Position numbers and translations under genes: made by a program. DNA of 63,765 nt, the filler included, from Collodictyon triciliatum (lineage: Eukaryota), in NCBI GenBank assembly GCA_043381765.1. It is 7 parts of 7 records of this genome, joined end to end, with 100 filler letters (N's around TTAATTAATTAA, not from the genome) between each part and the next. Parts side by side here need not be neighbours in the genome. Positions count along the whole stretch, not along the records: positions 10,703 to 21,328 come from JBHJMP010002623.1; positions 21,429 to 32,027 come from JBHJMP010002624.1; 5 more parts are not named here. The stretch is one strand, 5' to 3'. Position 1 is the stretch's first letter. Every line of letters begins with the position of its first letter. Below are positions 11,876 to 27,751 of this stretch, in pieces. Under the pieces are notes generated by a model, which saw only the letters and a list, made by a program, of their open reading frames with translations, was not told the origin of the DNA and did no database searches.

Positions 11876-14800
11876 ATGTCTCTCGCAGCCCTGCTTCCAT
11901 CCCGGAAGGCTGTGCTCGACATCCGCTGGGCCAGAGCTGCTCAGGTAAACGCGAGCCCTGCAGCCCAAGTTGTGTGTGTGGACTCTGTGCTAGCCTTGCA
12001 AAGCTTATCTGAAGACGAGACTCGTAAGTTTATTAACCAAACCGTGTCCTTTTTTAATCCTTCTTTGTTCCTTTTTTATTCCTTTTTTATTCCTTTTTTA
12101 TTCCTTTTTTTATTCCTTTTTTTATTCCTTTTTTATTCCTTTTTAATCCTTTTTATTCCTTTTTTATTCCTTTTTTATTCCTTTTTTATTCCTTTTTTAT
12201 TCCTTTTTTATTCCTTTTTTATTCCTTTTTTATTCCTTTTTTATTCCTTTTTAATTGACAATATTTGCTTATCCATTTCATCACTATTTTGCAGGCTTCA
12301 TTCATGTCGAATTGAACTGCTGCCCCTTGGTGTCAGATTCATTCGAAAAGATAATGAGTGGTATATCATCCCAAATCGTCGTGTTGAGCTTATCTGCGTA
12401 ATGTTTTTTAAACTCATGACTCTAAGCACTGTTTTTATTCGCCTCATCAAGTTGGATGCCCAGTCATCTCCTCCCAAAAACATTTCATCATTTATTCCTC
12501 ATGAGAACCGTGATACTTGAACATCAGAAATGGCAATCTTGGAAAGCGATTAAATGAATGGTTTCGTGCACATGAAAGAAATCAATTCCTTCAAGCACCT
12601 TGTTTTCCAAACCTTGGAGTTCTTGAAATGGCTGGAAACAGCTTAGATGACGAATCAATTATATCACTCTGCAAAATGATCGCACCATCGGCTGTATTTT
12701 TTTCATGAATGATATATTTATATATGTTCAAAATTTGCCATATCGAAACATTAAACATAAATGAATTAGGCCTTTTATCCTAAAATTAAGTCTTGCAGAA
12801 CCTCAGAAAAATAAATCTCCGCTATAACTCCATCTGTGATGAAGGAATCGGAGAATTGTGTACGATAGCAAAACATTTTCCTAGATTGACCGAGTTAGAC
12901 CTTTCCTGCAACAACATCGGAGATGTAGGAATTCAGGTAATTGCGTCACAAAGCGTTTCTATTGTTTTCTTCTTTTGTGTTCTTTAGTGTTTGTTTCTGT
13001 TTCTGTTTCTGTTTCTGTTTCTGTTTCTGTTTCTGTTTCTGTTTCTGTTTCTGTTTCTGTTTCTGTTTCTGTTTCTGTTTCTGTTTCTGTTATTTTGAAA
13101 GCATTCAAATAATCTCCATTTTTTTTTACCTATAATTCGAATAGATACTATGCGAGGTTCTGACCGAACATAAACAACTCAGTAGAGTTTCGTTGGCTTA
13201 CAATCGATTCTTGGTTTTGATTCATTTCAGACAAAACTATTATGTTCATTTTAATTCGAAATATACCCACTTTTCTTTATGTTTGAAAGACTCAAATGGA
13301 GCAACCCTAGGATTTCGATACTATAATTGGGTCTGTAGTCAAATCAAATCTGCAGCACTTGGACTTGAGCGGGAACAAATTATTCAGCCAGGTCATATTT
13401 CCGCACAGTGATTCTTTCTTTTTCAAGTGCTAGCTTTTTTTAAAAAAAAAAACTTTTCTATCAATCTTTTTTATCTGATGTAAGATCGAAACATTCTCTT
13501 CAGGAAAGACCGTTGTCTATTCGACATCTTTTTCAAACCTATTCCTTTGCTTTGAAAGAATTAAATTTGTCATTCACTGAATTAAATGACAAGGTATATG
13601 AAGTACTTCTCTGTTGTCCAAAAAAAAACTCTTGTCATAGAATTATCTTAAAGATAGAAATTAAAATTAAAAATGTATCAAGGTCCTTTCTCTAAAATTT
13701 GAATCTTTGATCTGACACAGGATTGTACAGAGTTATTTGGTCAACTTGCAAAACAATCCAACATGATTCGGTATTTGTTTCTTTAGAATACTCGAGTTCC
13801 AAATTTTCATAAGCCCCCCAAACTATGCTAGTTTCTAATCAATCTAAATTCAGGATAGATATATCACATAACAACTTATCAGATTCTGTAACTGATAGCA
13901 TTTGTAATTTTTTGGCAAATAAACAGCGTATGATTTATTTAATTATGCTATTGGCATTTATATACTTCAATCATATCTGGTTGAACTTAATCAAGTTAAC
14001 TGACCAACTAAAGGCTATTCCTCATTCTATGAACGATTGTACGAATACTTCATTCATGTCATGTATTATTTGGTTAGCCTTGGTAAGCGAGCTGAACATG
14101 GAGGGCAACTTGATTTCGGTAGATGCGGTATTACACATCGTCACCACTGCGTTGGTATGTTGTGTTGATGAGTTAAAATAGCTAATTCTTTAGAAGCTAG
14201 TATTTGACCACATCTTAACTTTGCAGGCACAGAGTTTGAGCCACCGACTGACTCTTCGGCTCTTCAATCAAAATACCACACACTCAGATGTCGAACAGAT
14301 GAGAACAATTTTGAAAGGTATCTCGATTCTGGCTTGAGACAACGATACGTAATGTTTTTTACTTTATATATGAATAGAATCCAAAAATCCAAGAAAGTGG
14401 AACTTGAATCTACCAGTGTATCTGAATGTCACTCGCGAGGCCTCTGACGCAATAAGTTAGCATTGAAGCATCGCATTATTTTCATGTATTATTACCACCC
14501 TGGGATTTTTATGACTTCCTATACTTTTCTTAAGTGCTGCAAGCTTTGGAAGATGTGGAAACAAATATATTCGAGGTCATAGAACAAGAAGAGTCGTGTA
14601 GGTTTTATGTCATGATTAACTCAATAATAATAATAATAATTAAAAGGCTATATTCATTCGTTCAGTTTAATTTAAATCAATTTTGCATTTAATACGAGCT
14701 GTTATTTCAGATAAAATGGAGCAAACGAAAATGCAAGGTAGGAAGATTAGCCGCGGTGTGAATATTAGCCCCTCACCAAAGGATATGCCAAAAGAGTAAG

Positions 14801-17082
14801 TAATTGCCCCTAGATGACTGCCAATCTCTCTTCCTTTTGTTTTATCCATATCGCCACCGTTATTTTACCTTTCATATTGACAATAAATATGCTGTGTTAT
14901 GTACGTTTCAAAGGATGTTTCATCACGGCAACAGAGACCAAGGCGCCCAGGCAGAAAACACCGATGTTGTACACGAACAAGTATTTATGTGTGATATAAG
15001 CATACTGAGGAAATTAAGCCACAATTATAGGACGTTTAGTGACACCTTCAACGCCTGTAAAACTATCCTAACACATCATACATAAGGTAATGGATTATAG
15101 AGATACCGAAGGTGAGGCCTCAGCCGAAGATCTTTGGGAGAATGAAAGAATAGTAGCAGAAGAACACACTAATGTACAGTCTGAACCCCCTAACAAAGTA
15201 AACGTATTTCTATTTTTGTCATTACCGAGGCGTATCATCTATTTTTATGTACGTGTTTATTATATTATCTTAATCATAAAACATATGACACTTTTATCCC
15301 AAAAATGGTTTAATGACAAGGGTCGCATGAATTCTTTGGTATTCGAAAGATGTTCGGGAATCAAAAATTCTTTTGAGCAACAGAAAAGGTTAAGGAACTA
15401 TTTCATTTTTCTACTTCATAATTTTTGGTGTTTAATTTATTTTTTTTTTGGGTTCCAAAGTTAAATAATACGTAGCGAACCTGAAGTTGAGCAGCCGACA
15501 GATGCAACATCGAGTCCTCATAAAACCGAGCCCGATTATGAACAATTCTATCAACCAAATCCTGGGAACGAAAATGAAGCTGTTATAGATAAATTAGGTG
15601 TGAGAGAAGGCCAGACAGATGCAATTTTGGACCACTCTCTTGACTCTATCATCAGGAAAATTGAAAGCCAGGTATCATTATCCCTAGAACAAATTAAAAG
15701 TATATAGATTTTGTGCCACCTGAAACGAAGATAAAAAAAAACTGTTCAATCTCGCAAAGAAAGATTAGAAAGTCGCGCATTCGTTTTCATATATTCTTGA
15801 AACTGCCTGTCTGTCTAGGACCTTCTGCAAACCAATCAAACTGTTACTCTCCCCATTCCGCAAGATAGAAACAGGTATGCATCCAACATCTTATGAAGGT
15901 ATTGTATGTTTTCTGAAATGAACATGCATTCGCGTAATTGTAATGAAAAAAATGAAAGATCAAAAAGCCAACTGGATGATGTCATTGAGCAAATGGAAAA
16001 TGTATTGAGAGAGTCTTCATCCAAATCTGAGAATCTTGCGACCCTATACATCGCAGAAGAGAAAACAGGTTTCTTGTGCAATATGAGGCATTTTTCGACT
16101 CCAAAATACCATTACGATGCTTTGTCGTCTCTTTTTATTGCCAGTGGTCACAATTTATTCTTATTCTTATTTTATTTTTTTGCCGAATACGAGTATTTCA
16201 AGTCATCTCTGATTGTATACGTCAATTACCAGAATGGGATGGTAAAAACAGCGATGGAGAACAGGAGCCACATGATGAACACTGCATATCATCGATACAA
16301 CAAGAGAGCCCATCAAATGCAAGAAAACGGCCGAATCTTCATATACAAGTCCCAACCATCGAAACGCCAGTGCTCCAGCCTTTCTCATCAACTGGGAGCG
16401 AAATTACAGAGGTCACAGCCCGTCAGACACCAACACATTCGCTTGACCAAGGAGTTGGGGCGACGTCATCTACAAAACCCCCCAGTCGACAACAGCCAAG
16501 CTCCAGTGTATCCGCGAAGCGGTAAAATAGCCCCACTATCCCCTTTAATACGATGTACTACATTTACCTAACCTGACGAGGTAGTTGTTGTTATTTCTCT
16601 GTTCTTGCCACCTTTTGATGAATGCCATTTGCTTGTTCTTGAATTGATTGTCAGAAAAGAATATTTTCCGGTCGGTGGCTCTTTTCTTTTTATTCGAACT
16701 ACAATTTCACCAACAGGGACACCCTTTTGGCATCGCTAAAGAACGAAGACTACAAAGCCACAATTCTTAACTACAAGTCGTCAAAGAGAAAAGCAAAGAT
16801 TGTAATTGCCCTGGAGGGGCCGGTGAGTCCCTTTTTTCTTTTTTTTCCCCCCTTTATTCTATTCAAAGTCCATCCTTCGTCTTTATTTAATACTAGATAG
16901 GTCTTGTATCTCGCCACAGTAGCCTAATCCATTTTTTTAAAAAAAAAAAAAAACTTACAACGCACAATTATGACGGAAAATCAACTCTATCATAACCAGT
17001 GGATGAGGGTCCGAAAAGAACCAACTCTCTTCAAAAGCGCGAAGCCGATTCAAGATTTCAATCTGCAATCAGTCACAGTTAA
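11876..17082 (+). CDS. RI-like leucine-rich repeat protein with a long low-complexity C-terminus; 3' end uncertain (17082 to ~17400)
   Basis: LRR units LGVLEMAGNSL, LRKINLRYNSI, LTELDLSCNNIGD, LQHLDLSGNKL, LKELNLSFTEL, IDISHNNLSD and ELNMEGNLIS lie on successive GT-AG exons. Confidence 0.8.
12071..12252. repeat. (TTTTTTATTCC)n repeat in intron 1 of the LRR gene
   Basis: Read directly. Confidence 0.9.
12992..13090. repeat. (GTTTCT)n intronic microsatellite
   Basis: Read directly. Confidence 0.95.
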
Positions 17083-17728
17083 AAAAAAAATTAATAATTC
17101 ATTAGCCAAATACAAGAGACCGATGGAAATGATGACTGCCATTACACCCATGCGCCGTCTCCTTCTTATTCTGTGATTATCCCCCAAGTCGTCTCCCCAC
17201 AACTCACAAGAATTCACTTTACATCTCACAGTTTGAGGAATCAGGGTCATCTGCACGCGAAATCCTCCTGCACAGCAGCATTCTCGCACAGCCGTGGCTT
17301 ATTCGCATCAAGTCAGGCTCTGAAGGGCCTTTCAAACTGTCCATGCAAACTCGAGGTGCGCACAAAAAGACCTCATGAAGCATCCATCTGGAATACATAG
17401 ACAAAGGAAACGACCGCTTCTCCTCCCCGAGCGCCTCTATCTGCCCCGATAGCCTTCCGCACGCCCGGGCTTGTGTCGCTTGTTTTTGGAGCTCCGTGTC
17501 GAGTTTCCCGAGCCGCGGGCGAAATTCTATTCCAGATTTAGAAGTCTCAAGGCTGAAGACTTTGTGTCTGTGGCTTCACCAATCGCAAAGCAAAGACCAT
17601 CCCGGCCTGAATCTGTTGCCAAGAAGCGAATGCGAGAGCGACAACGAATTGCTGGGGATTGGGCCAGAAGGCGGACCGACTCAAAGCGCAATGCTCTGTT
17701 CTGAGGCATAGGAGGACTTACCTTGGAA

Positions 17729-19903
<2,175 letters not shown>

Positions 19904-21007
19904 CCATTCGCAATCCCCATCTGGGAAGATATACCCAACGACCCATAAAAAAAAAAAAAAAGAATTCGAGAATGAGCATGCCTGAATAAGAGCCGATAGG
20001 AAGTGCAGCCTGTACCCTCGCATATCCCACCCGACAAGAGCATCCCGATAACTCCTCATTCTGAGCAACAGGGTTTTATCGAAGTGCTTTCTCTCTTCAT
20101 CGCCAAAAATCGCAAATAAATTAACAATAATAAAAAAAAATGATTCACAGACAAGGACGAGGAAACCTCTGATTTGATTTCTATGGGAAACAAAAAAAAA
20201 AAAAAAAAAAAAAAAAAGAAAAAAAGGGGGGGAAAAAAAGGGGGGGGGGGGGGGGGGGGGTTGGTCAAAGGGGGGGGNNNNNNNNNNAAAAAAAAAAAAA
20301 AAAAAAAAAAAAAAGCAAAGCGCAGAAAGTGAGAGACAACCACGGCGGGCACACGAGACTGAGATACGAATACCGGCGAGAAGCTGCAATGTCCGAGCAT
20401 TCGGGCTTTGCTTGCATGTCAATCTAGGGGTTTGTCGGCCTTGCGAGTATTGACCGTTGCTTCCGGAGGCACCACGCGCATCGTCCCTGAGGATAAAATG
20501 TTTTTGACGTGCGGGATTGTTTGTCGGGAAATCTCAAGTCTCCCGAGTATGGATATTTCGTCAAGCAGGAAAACTGAGTGCGCTGGGTGCCCCACAACTC
20601 AGGGTTGTCAGAAGAAAATAACGCTGAAGTGAATGTTCTTGTGGATATGAAAAAAAAAATATTAATCACTTCCTTTCATAGATGACTCACAATATGCGCA
20701 CAACATATATGTGAATGTTGTCTGGTGGTAGTAAGGTCTCTTAGATTATTTATAGATGACAAATGTAGGTGCAATATTTGAGTTGAAAAAAGAAATTATT
20801 CGACTGTGGTCCAGCGATTACACGCTCGGTATTTCTTGGAATGCGTGTCACTTGTGGAAGACCTAATGCATTCGTTACCGTGTTGTAAGATTGGGAAGCT
20901 ATGATGGTGAGCACGCTAAATTGAGCATTAGTGATAATCGCTCACATGGCTGCTGTTTCGTAACATCCACCTGTCTCTTACAAGAAAAGTCACTTAGTCT
21001 AGGTTCC

Positions 21008-21178
21008 TTAAGCTCCTTGAAGACACAGGTTCTTCTTTTTCTCAAACGCTCTCAGGGCAAACTTGTAGAATTCAATATCGTGCTCATTAACCTTCTGAAA
21101 GGTTTCCATATCTTGCTGCGTAATATTTGGATTAGCACCATTCGAATGCAAAACATTCGAGCGCTCGCCGTTATAGTC
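21008..21178 (-). CDS. Terminal exon of a probable sulfotransferase (Sulfotransfer_2 / Gal-3-O-sulfotransferase-like C-terminus); rest of gene beyond contig end
   Basis: After a TTGTAG acceptor the minus strand reads DYNGERSNVLHSNGANPNITQQDMETFQKVNEHDIEFYKFALRAFEKKKNLCLQGA*. The N..D..(L/F)Y.FA...F pattern is typical of this family. Not in the ORF track. Confidence 0.55.
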   Translation of the reverse strand, partial: DYNGERSNVLHSNGANPNITQQDMETFQKVNEHDIEFYKFALRAFEKKKNLCLQGA

Positions 21179-21210
21179 CTACAAAGAAATCAAAGAGACC
21201 GAGTCAGTTA

Positions 21211-21328
21211 TACATACATACATACATACATACATACATACATACATACATACATACATACATACATACATACATACATACATACATACATACATACATA
21301 CATACATACATACATACATACATACATA
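21211..21328. repeat. (TACA)n microsatellite at contig end
   Basis: Read directly. Confidence 0.97.
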
Positions 21329-21428
21329 NNNNNNNNNNNNNNNNNNNNNNNNNNNNNNNNNNNNNNNNNNNNTTAATTAATTAANNNNNNNNNNNNNNNN
21401 NNNNNNNNNNNNNNNNNNNNNNNNNNNN
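21329..21428. other. Artificial contig-joining spacer
   Basis: 44N-TTAATTAATTAA-44N. Confidence 0.97.
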
Positions 21429-21585
21429 TGTGTTTTTTGTGTTTTTTGTGTTTTTTGTGTTTTTTGTGTTTTTTGTGTTTTTTGTGTTTTTTGTGTTTTT
21501 TGTGTTTTTTGTGTTTTTTGTGTTTTTGTTTTTGTTTTTGTTTTTTCTTGTTTTGTTTTGTGTTTTTTTGTGTTTTTTGTGTTTT
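21429..21585. repeat. (TTTTTTGTG)n repeat at contig start
   Basis: Read directly. Confidence 0.9.
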
Positions 21586-22270
21586 GCGTATTTGTGGTTT
21601 TTTATTTCAAGTTTATCCTGATTAATTATTTATTTATTTTATTACTTGGGTTTGAATCGCACTAAGGATTTTTTCCCTATTACTTGTATTGCTAGCATTA
21701 TTGATATTGTTTATCCCCTATATTCGAATCATTATTATTGTTGATTCAATAATTCTATCGAAACGAAGTGAATTATTCCTCCTGCAATCCAGGCAATATC
21801 ATAACAAAGGGAGCAATTTTTTCAAGGGATATACCTTCCATAATGCCAACCACTTACGCTTTTAGTTTAAGAAAACCCACTCCTTTTTTTTTATGCACAA
21901 ACACCCTCTTTTCAAAAAAAAAAAAAAAAACAACGAATTGTGTGTCTCTTTTCTTATATATCAAATTAATTATTAACTGCCTTAATCACAATCACCCGCA
22001 CTTACCTCTGCAAACGAAACAATATATGTGTAATTTGATCTTTTCTGAAGCCTGCCCGCCAGTTGTTTGGATCTCAGATAGCTGGCAAAGTAAGCTTTAG
22101 AGATATAAACATATCATATATAACCCAAAACAATACAATACAAAACCACGTCGAATATCAAGAAATATACCAAAGAATAACTCAAACAAAGGCGCACAAA
22201 GGGAAGGTGTTATTAAAGGGGAAAAAAATAAAAATTAATCGAGAACTGAACAGGCAGATCATTAGCCTCC

Positions 22271-23523
22271 ATGGATCCTTCCCGCCCGATTTTCCCAAAC
22301 ACAAGGAGTCAGCGTTCACAAGGGCTTTTCCCGCAACTGTCCACTCCCCCACGCTACGGTTTTACACGGCCAACTTCTGTGATGGGGATCAACCGCGACT
22401 CCTCCGAAGCCTCCTTCTCATATTTTGGTCGATCTTCTCGCAACCACTCCCTGTTTTTTCCTGCACCTGTGCAGCCATTTCCTGGCTCTATGAGCGAAGG
22501 CGACCAGTCATGCAGAGCCTGTGCAAATCTATCTTGTGATGCATGTGTGGATTGTCATCCATGCTTGTGCTTTAAGGAGCTTCTCAGCAGTCAAGACTTC
22601 TACAAAGCAAATCCACCTCTGCTGCTAGTTCTTGCTGCCCTAATCCATCTTGTGATTGTCACAGTTTTGGCCTCGATGAATGGCCTTTCGGCCATGATTT
22701 CTTTTTCAGACGAGTACTTTGAAACTGCGTTCGGAGACCTTGTGGTATGTTTTCCTCTTCCTTATCAATAATTAAATACAAGACGAAGGGAAGCAATATT
22801 GTTGCCTATCTCTAAGGTTTATATTTTCTACATATTTTGGGAGAAGAAAATGTTTTCTTTTAAGAAACCATATATCATGTACGCTACCACCCTGATGCTT
22901 TTATTTTTCTGTATACTATATGTCTATGGCAGTCTTTATGATGTATCTATATGTTATCGACTGAGTGATTAATGTAATAATATTTATTCGGAAAAATACA
23001 ATGTCACTTGTGCTGCGGGTTTAATTTTTTTTCCTTTTTTTCTTCTCTTGTAGATTTGGGCTACTGTCAGATTTGTAATTGTGGCATTCCTCATTCCTAG
23101 TCGATGTGTCTCTGTTCTTAAGGGCCTAATATATGTCTGTATATTGATTTATTCTAATTTTTTTATCGAAGAAAACAATCTGTAAACCTGTAATAATTCA
23201 TCTTCTAGCTGAAATATATCTATGTGTCCGACCCGCCATTTTTTCTTTAGTCTAACTATTTACTTCATGTCATTACCTCATTCGGTCGAATATCTTCTCC
23301 GTTGAATTTATAATTTTTTTTAAAAAAAAACTCAAATTTCATTTTTTTCTTAGCTATATGATGCCTTGGGTGTGATATACGCCGTCATCAAGCTATCCTT
23401 ATTTCGGTACCAATACATCGAGGATGACGTTGAGATGGCGCTAATAATATACTACCTCCCTGCTATCGTCATCCAAGCTGTTATGTCATTTTATGTTCTT
23501 CGAGATTTTCGAGAAAACGTAAG

Positions 23524-23587
<64 letters not shown>

Positions 23588-26482
23588 TACTGTTAATAAT
23601 CTGCTCCAGATTCAACTGAGCTGTCGAGTCTTATTTCTCTTGTCATGTTTGTATTATCCTATGATGTATTTTTTTTTTATGTATTTCTACACAAATACTT
23701 CAGGAAGAGCATTTGAGACTGGGATTGAATTACATGTACTGCCATGATCATATTATTATGTTATGTTTTGATTCAATGTTTTCATCATACTGTTTGTTAT
23801 TTCTGGTTTAATGCATTTATACACGCCCATACTGAATGATTAATATATGAATGCAACATGCTCACACTTTTATTATATTGCCTTAGCCGAAGCTATGGAA
23901 TCTTTAGTCAGAATGCACCTCCTCAAAAACCACACGAAAATCCAAGATTCTATTCGCCTAACCGCTACAGTATCAACGCATCTCCCATCAGACCAAATCT
24001 AATCAATCAAAGAGCCCCTGAACAGGCTCATCCGGTTCTGTTCCCAGACGCCAAGATGCTAGCTAACGAGTATGCCCAGCAGTCCAAAGCTCCCTCTAAA
24101 CATAAAGAGACCAAACAAGTCACTTTTCCACTTCCCGAAACACCCCCAGCTAGTATTCCAAAGTTGCCCCTTCTCGGTGAGCAGGTAATTATGGGGCCTT
24201 TCTGCCTTTGATACTCAAATACACTTTTCATTAATTGAACATTTTACACTTTTTGTCTCTTTAAAGTCAGTGATATGTTAACTGCTTAACTGTCCATGTC
24301 ATTAATATTGAATTACCTTTACACCGCAATCCAAACTATCATATTTCTTTATTCATCTCTTTATTTATTAATTAATGTATAGATATCCAAACAGCTCCTA
24401 GCTCTTCACCACGAAGAATGCCCCTCTGAACCACACTGGACTCTTGCATTCGAGTCCAGTATTTCCCAAACATTTGTCAAATATGCACATTTGCTTGGAA
24501 ACGATGGTAGTATACCTAACACCCCAGACAAACTTTCATATTCATCATTCAACGACGAACTTCATCCAGTTGTTCGGACCATATCTCTTATCGACTACTC
24601 TCCAAGAGACTTAAACAATCTTATTTTCGAGTCGAGACTTGATTGGGACCCGTTAGTTGGGATACCGGATGGAGAAGTGTGTTTCTTTTTTGTATTAATC
24701 GGATCCTGCTTTCTCTTTTACAATGATGTTGAGGCGTGCCATTTGACTTTTTCAAATATATAAATGTATTCTCAACATGAATTTATTTTCTTTTTTAGAA
24801 AAGAATAATTCAAGAAATTCAAACAATGGACGATAATATCACTATTATGCGCTTGCGTTTCGAGATTAGCACCTCGGTGTTCCCATTCGGCTCCAATGAG
24901 TGCCGAGATTTTTTCATAATAAGAAGGTTTGCACAACAGCAATATCATGAAAACGAATAGGTTAATGTCATCGCTTCAATGTTTAATTCAATATACCTAA
25001 TACATAAATATCTGCTATTGCGCATCAGATGGGCGACATCTCCTGATACAGGCATATTTTATTATGCTCAAAGTACCATTCCTGGATTTGGATCAGTCAA
25101 ACAAGTATTTTGGTTTCTAATCTTATGGAACCTTTATTTGACATTATCTACCAAAACATATACTAGAGAGTACTTTTCTACTTTTCTCACATTTCAATTC
25201 CATCTTTAAAAGCTTATTGTTCATATTTTTAAGTCATGCGAAATATTTATCCAGAAACTGGCTGATCCTGTGATACACTTGAGTGGTTTAGTTATCGAGC
25301 CTGTCTTATCTCCAAACCATGACGGGTAATTACTTAGTTGATTTTCTGTTTCTGTTTTTTTCTTTGTTTTTGAAGCTTAGAATGGTTCCTTTTGTCGGCA
25401 TCTGCCCTCCTTTCATATGTATGAATATCAAATTCGTGACACGAGAGTTTTTTTTTCGACTTGTGGCCAATTATTATGTCCAAAATTTTGTAGTGTCGAA
25501 AAATCATGCGTCACATTCTTCCATCAAATTACCCTTGGCATTCCTACCCCAAGAACTCGCAATGAAAAGAAAATTATTCATCTGGTACTTTCTTGTCGCT
25601 TCGCCTTAGCTTTTAGTTAAATTATATTGTATTGAATAATGTAATGGTATATTGTTACCTCTCTTGCCCTCCACCCCATCCCCCTTTCTTTTTTTCTTCT
25701 TTTTTTCCCCTTTTCCTCTTTTCGTTAAGTTTGACTTCAATCCACGCTAATATACTTTCCTTAACTGGTCACAATCCTAGCCAATCCATTTGAAAGCACT
25801 ACACAAGCTCCGTGCTGGAAAGGATTTATCATCGGTCAGCGTTCCATCCTCTAATCCGTCACCAAGTAATCACAAACATAGGAGCAGACAAACCAGCGGA
25901 GAATTTGAGCATGTTGAGACCCGGATATATCGATCTTACGTAATCCAGCCCGATCACTTCAGCTGTGAGCCGAAGAAAAGAATATTAGACGTGCCTGTCA
26001 ACCCAAGCCACCTGCCACTAGGCTTCGGGCCATCGAATGTAGATGACGGACTCGAACAGGCGCCATGTGTGGAGTCCACCCGCCGAGATGCAACAGAGTC
26101 AACTCTGGGCGTTCAACCATTCCAACATCCCGAACCTGCACGCTCGACGCTGTTTGATGCATTGGGGGAATCCTCTCGTCCGTGCGATGCACGTTCAGGT
26201 GTAGGATTTATGCCCCAGCGACCAGTAAGTCAGTTTCCTATCCTCCCCACCGTGCAGCGCCTTCCGCGCGTGAATGGGAATGCGCCCCATGCAAACCATG
26301 TGCCTGCTGTCCCTGTGCCGTCTGTGAACCGAATACAGGTTCCTGCGAAGGCTGTTCGACGGGCTCTCTTTACTGCGGAAGAGCCTTCACAACCAGACAC
26401 CGCCAGGCCCCGCAATGCAGATGCTGTCCCAGAAAATGTCCCCTTTATGACCCCGACACAGAATGCCCCTGTCCTAGAATAA
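22271..26482 (+). CDS. STARD3/MLN64-like protein: about 4-TM MENTAL-like region, START-like lipid-transfer domain, Pro-rich tail
   Basis: TM segments LLLVLAALIHLVIVTVLA; YFETAFGDLV|IWATVRFVIVAF (cf. MENTAL F.TS.FD...A.FRF); ALGVIYAVIKL; IIYYLPAIVIQAVMSFY. START-like motifs LIFESRLDWDP, CRDFFIIRRW, YYAQST and LSGLVIEPV. Stop TAA at 26482. Confidence 0.7.
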
Positions 26483-27418
26483 TGTTATTTCTTCATCTTC
26501 CCGTCTATCCTATATCGTAGTATGCCACACGCGCCTCACAATTTTAAAGTCCTTCATTAACACCCACAAGCTTGGCCAAAAAAAAAGGAAAAAGAAAAAG
26601 GAATCAATCAGGGCTCTTCCGTGCGAGATAGCCTCACATGAGGCCTTATCTGCCCAAGCAGCAGATAACCAGATGAAAAGTATGCAAATTAGGGTTTCTG
26701 ATCGTAACTGAACGTATTTTTAGTGTGGATTATGATAGGAACTGGTCGACTGTGTGCCCCGAACCGAAAGTATTATAAGATCCAGAATTAGAATATCCTC
26801 ATACGAGCCTCTCGTTTTTATATGTTCCAGTTTTGGACTGAATTCAAATTGCCCCTTTTTTTTTAAAGGAAAATATGGATTTGCAACAAGTTTATGAGAA
26901 AGAAAAGGAATCAGAGCGCAACAAGTTTCAACTAGTCAAAAAAATAAAAAAAAAAAAATAAAGAGCGAAAGACAAAGTGTTCTTAATGGCGGATTTGACT
27001 GTTGGAAGCGATTGGTAGCTGCCTTCTCGTCGAGTCTATTTCTACCGAGTCTTTGTCACTTTGGTGAAGTTAAGGCTGTAGCCGGCACTTCCTTTTGCTT
27101 TGGTGTCTTCAGCGCCAACCTGTGCAGCTTAAAACCTTTCGGTGTTGAAGAGAGCGTTATAAGATTTTTTTATTAGGATGTGATGTCTGTTTGTTCTTTC
27201 TTCTTGTTCTCTTTTCGTTTTGTATATAGGATAGTTTTGCTGTCTTATGCTTTAAGTCACTTTATTTTGGTTCCTATCTATCTATTTTATATATACATCG
27301 ATGTTTATTTTTTATTTACTCGGATTTTTTTTGTGTGGACTTTGTTCTTCTTTCTGTCTGTGCCAAGTCTGAGATTTTTGCGATCTGTCCCTCCCTTCTG
27401 AGCTTGTCTATTGGGTTC

Positions 27419-27420
<2 letters not shown>

Positions 27421-27449
<29 letters not shown>

Positions 27450-27522
27450 GTTTTGTTTTGTTTTGTTTTGTTTTGTTTTGTTTTGTTTTGTTTTGTTTTG
27501 TTTTGTTTTGTTTTGTTTTGTT
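27421..27522. repeat. (TTTTG)n microsatellite upstream of the coiled-coil gene (probable 5' UTR intron)
   Basis: Read directly. Confidence 0.95.
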
Positions 27523-27751
27523 TCGTTTTATTTTATTTTATTTGATTTGATTTGATTTTATATTTTTGCTTGTAGCTTCAAGATATTCAAGATAACTTTG
27601 TAGTGAAAGTTTTGCCATGATTGAGTAAAATTATTGAGTGCACTACGATGAATGCATACACCTTTTTGTCTTTTGTTTTTGCAGTATTGCAGTGAAACTT
27701 TTAACTCTGAATGATCATATACAAGTAGTTCTCCTGGATAGTTTAGTAAGG

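Noticed and set aside
20420-20585. Minus-strand open frame HSVFLLDEISILGRLEIS...KPLD* after a CAG
   Set aside because: No recognisable domain, and the upstream sulfotransferase-like exon already ends in a stop.
26590-26860. Possible snRNA (U11-like AAAAAGGAAT start, ATGCAAAT octamer)
   Set aside because: No convincing snRNA stem-loop or sequence match by eye; it would need cmscan.
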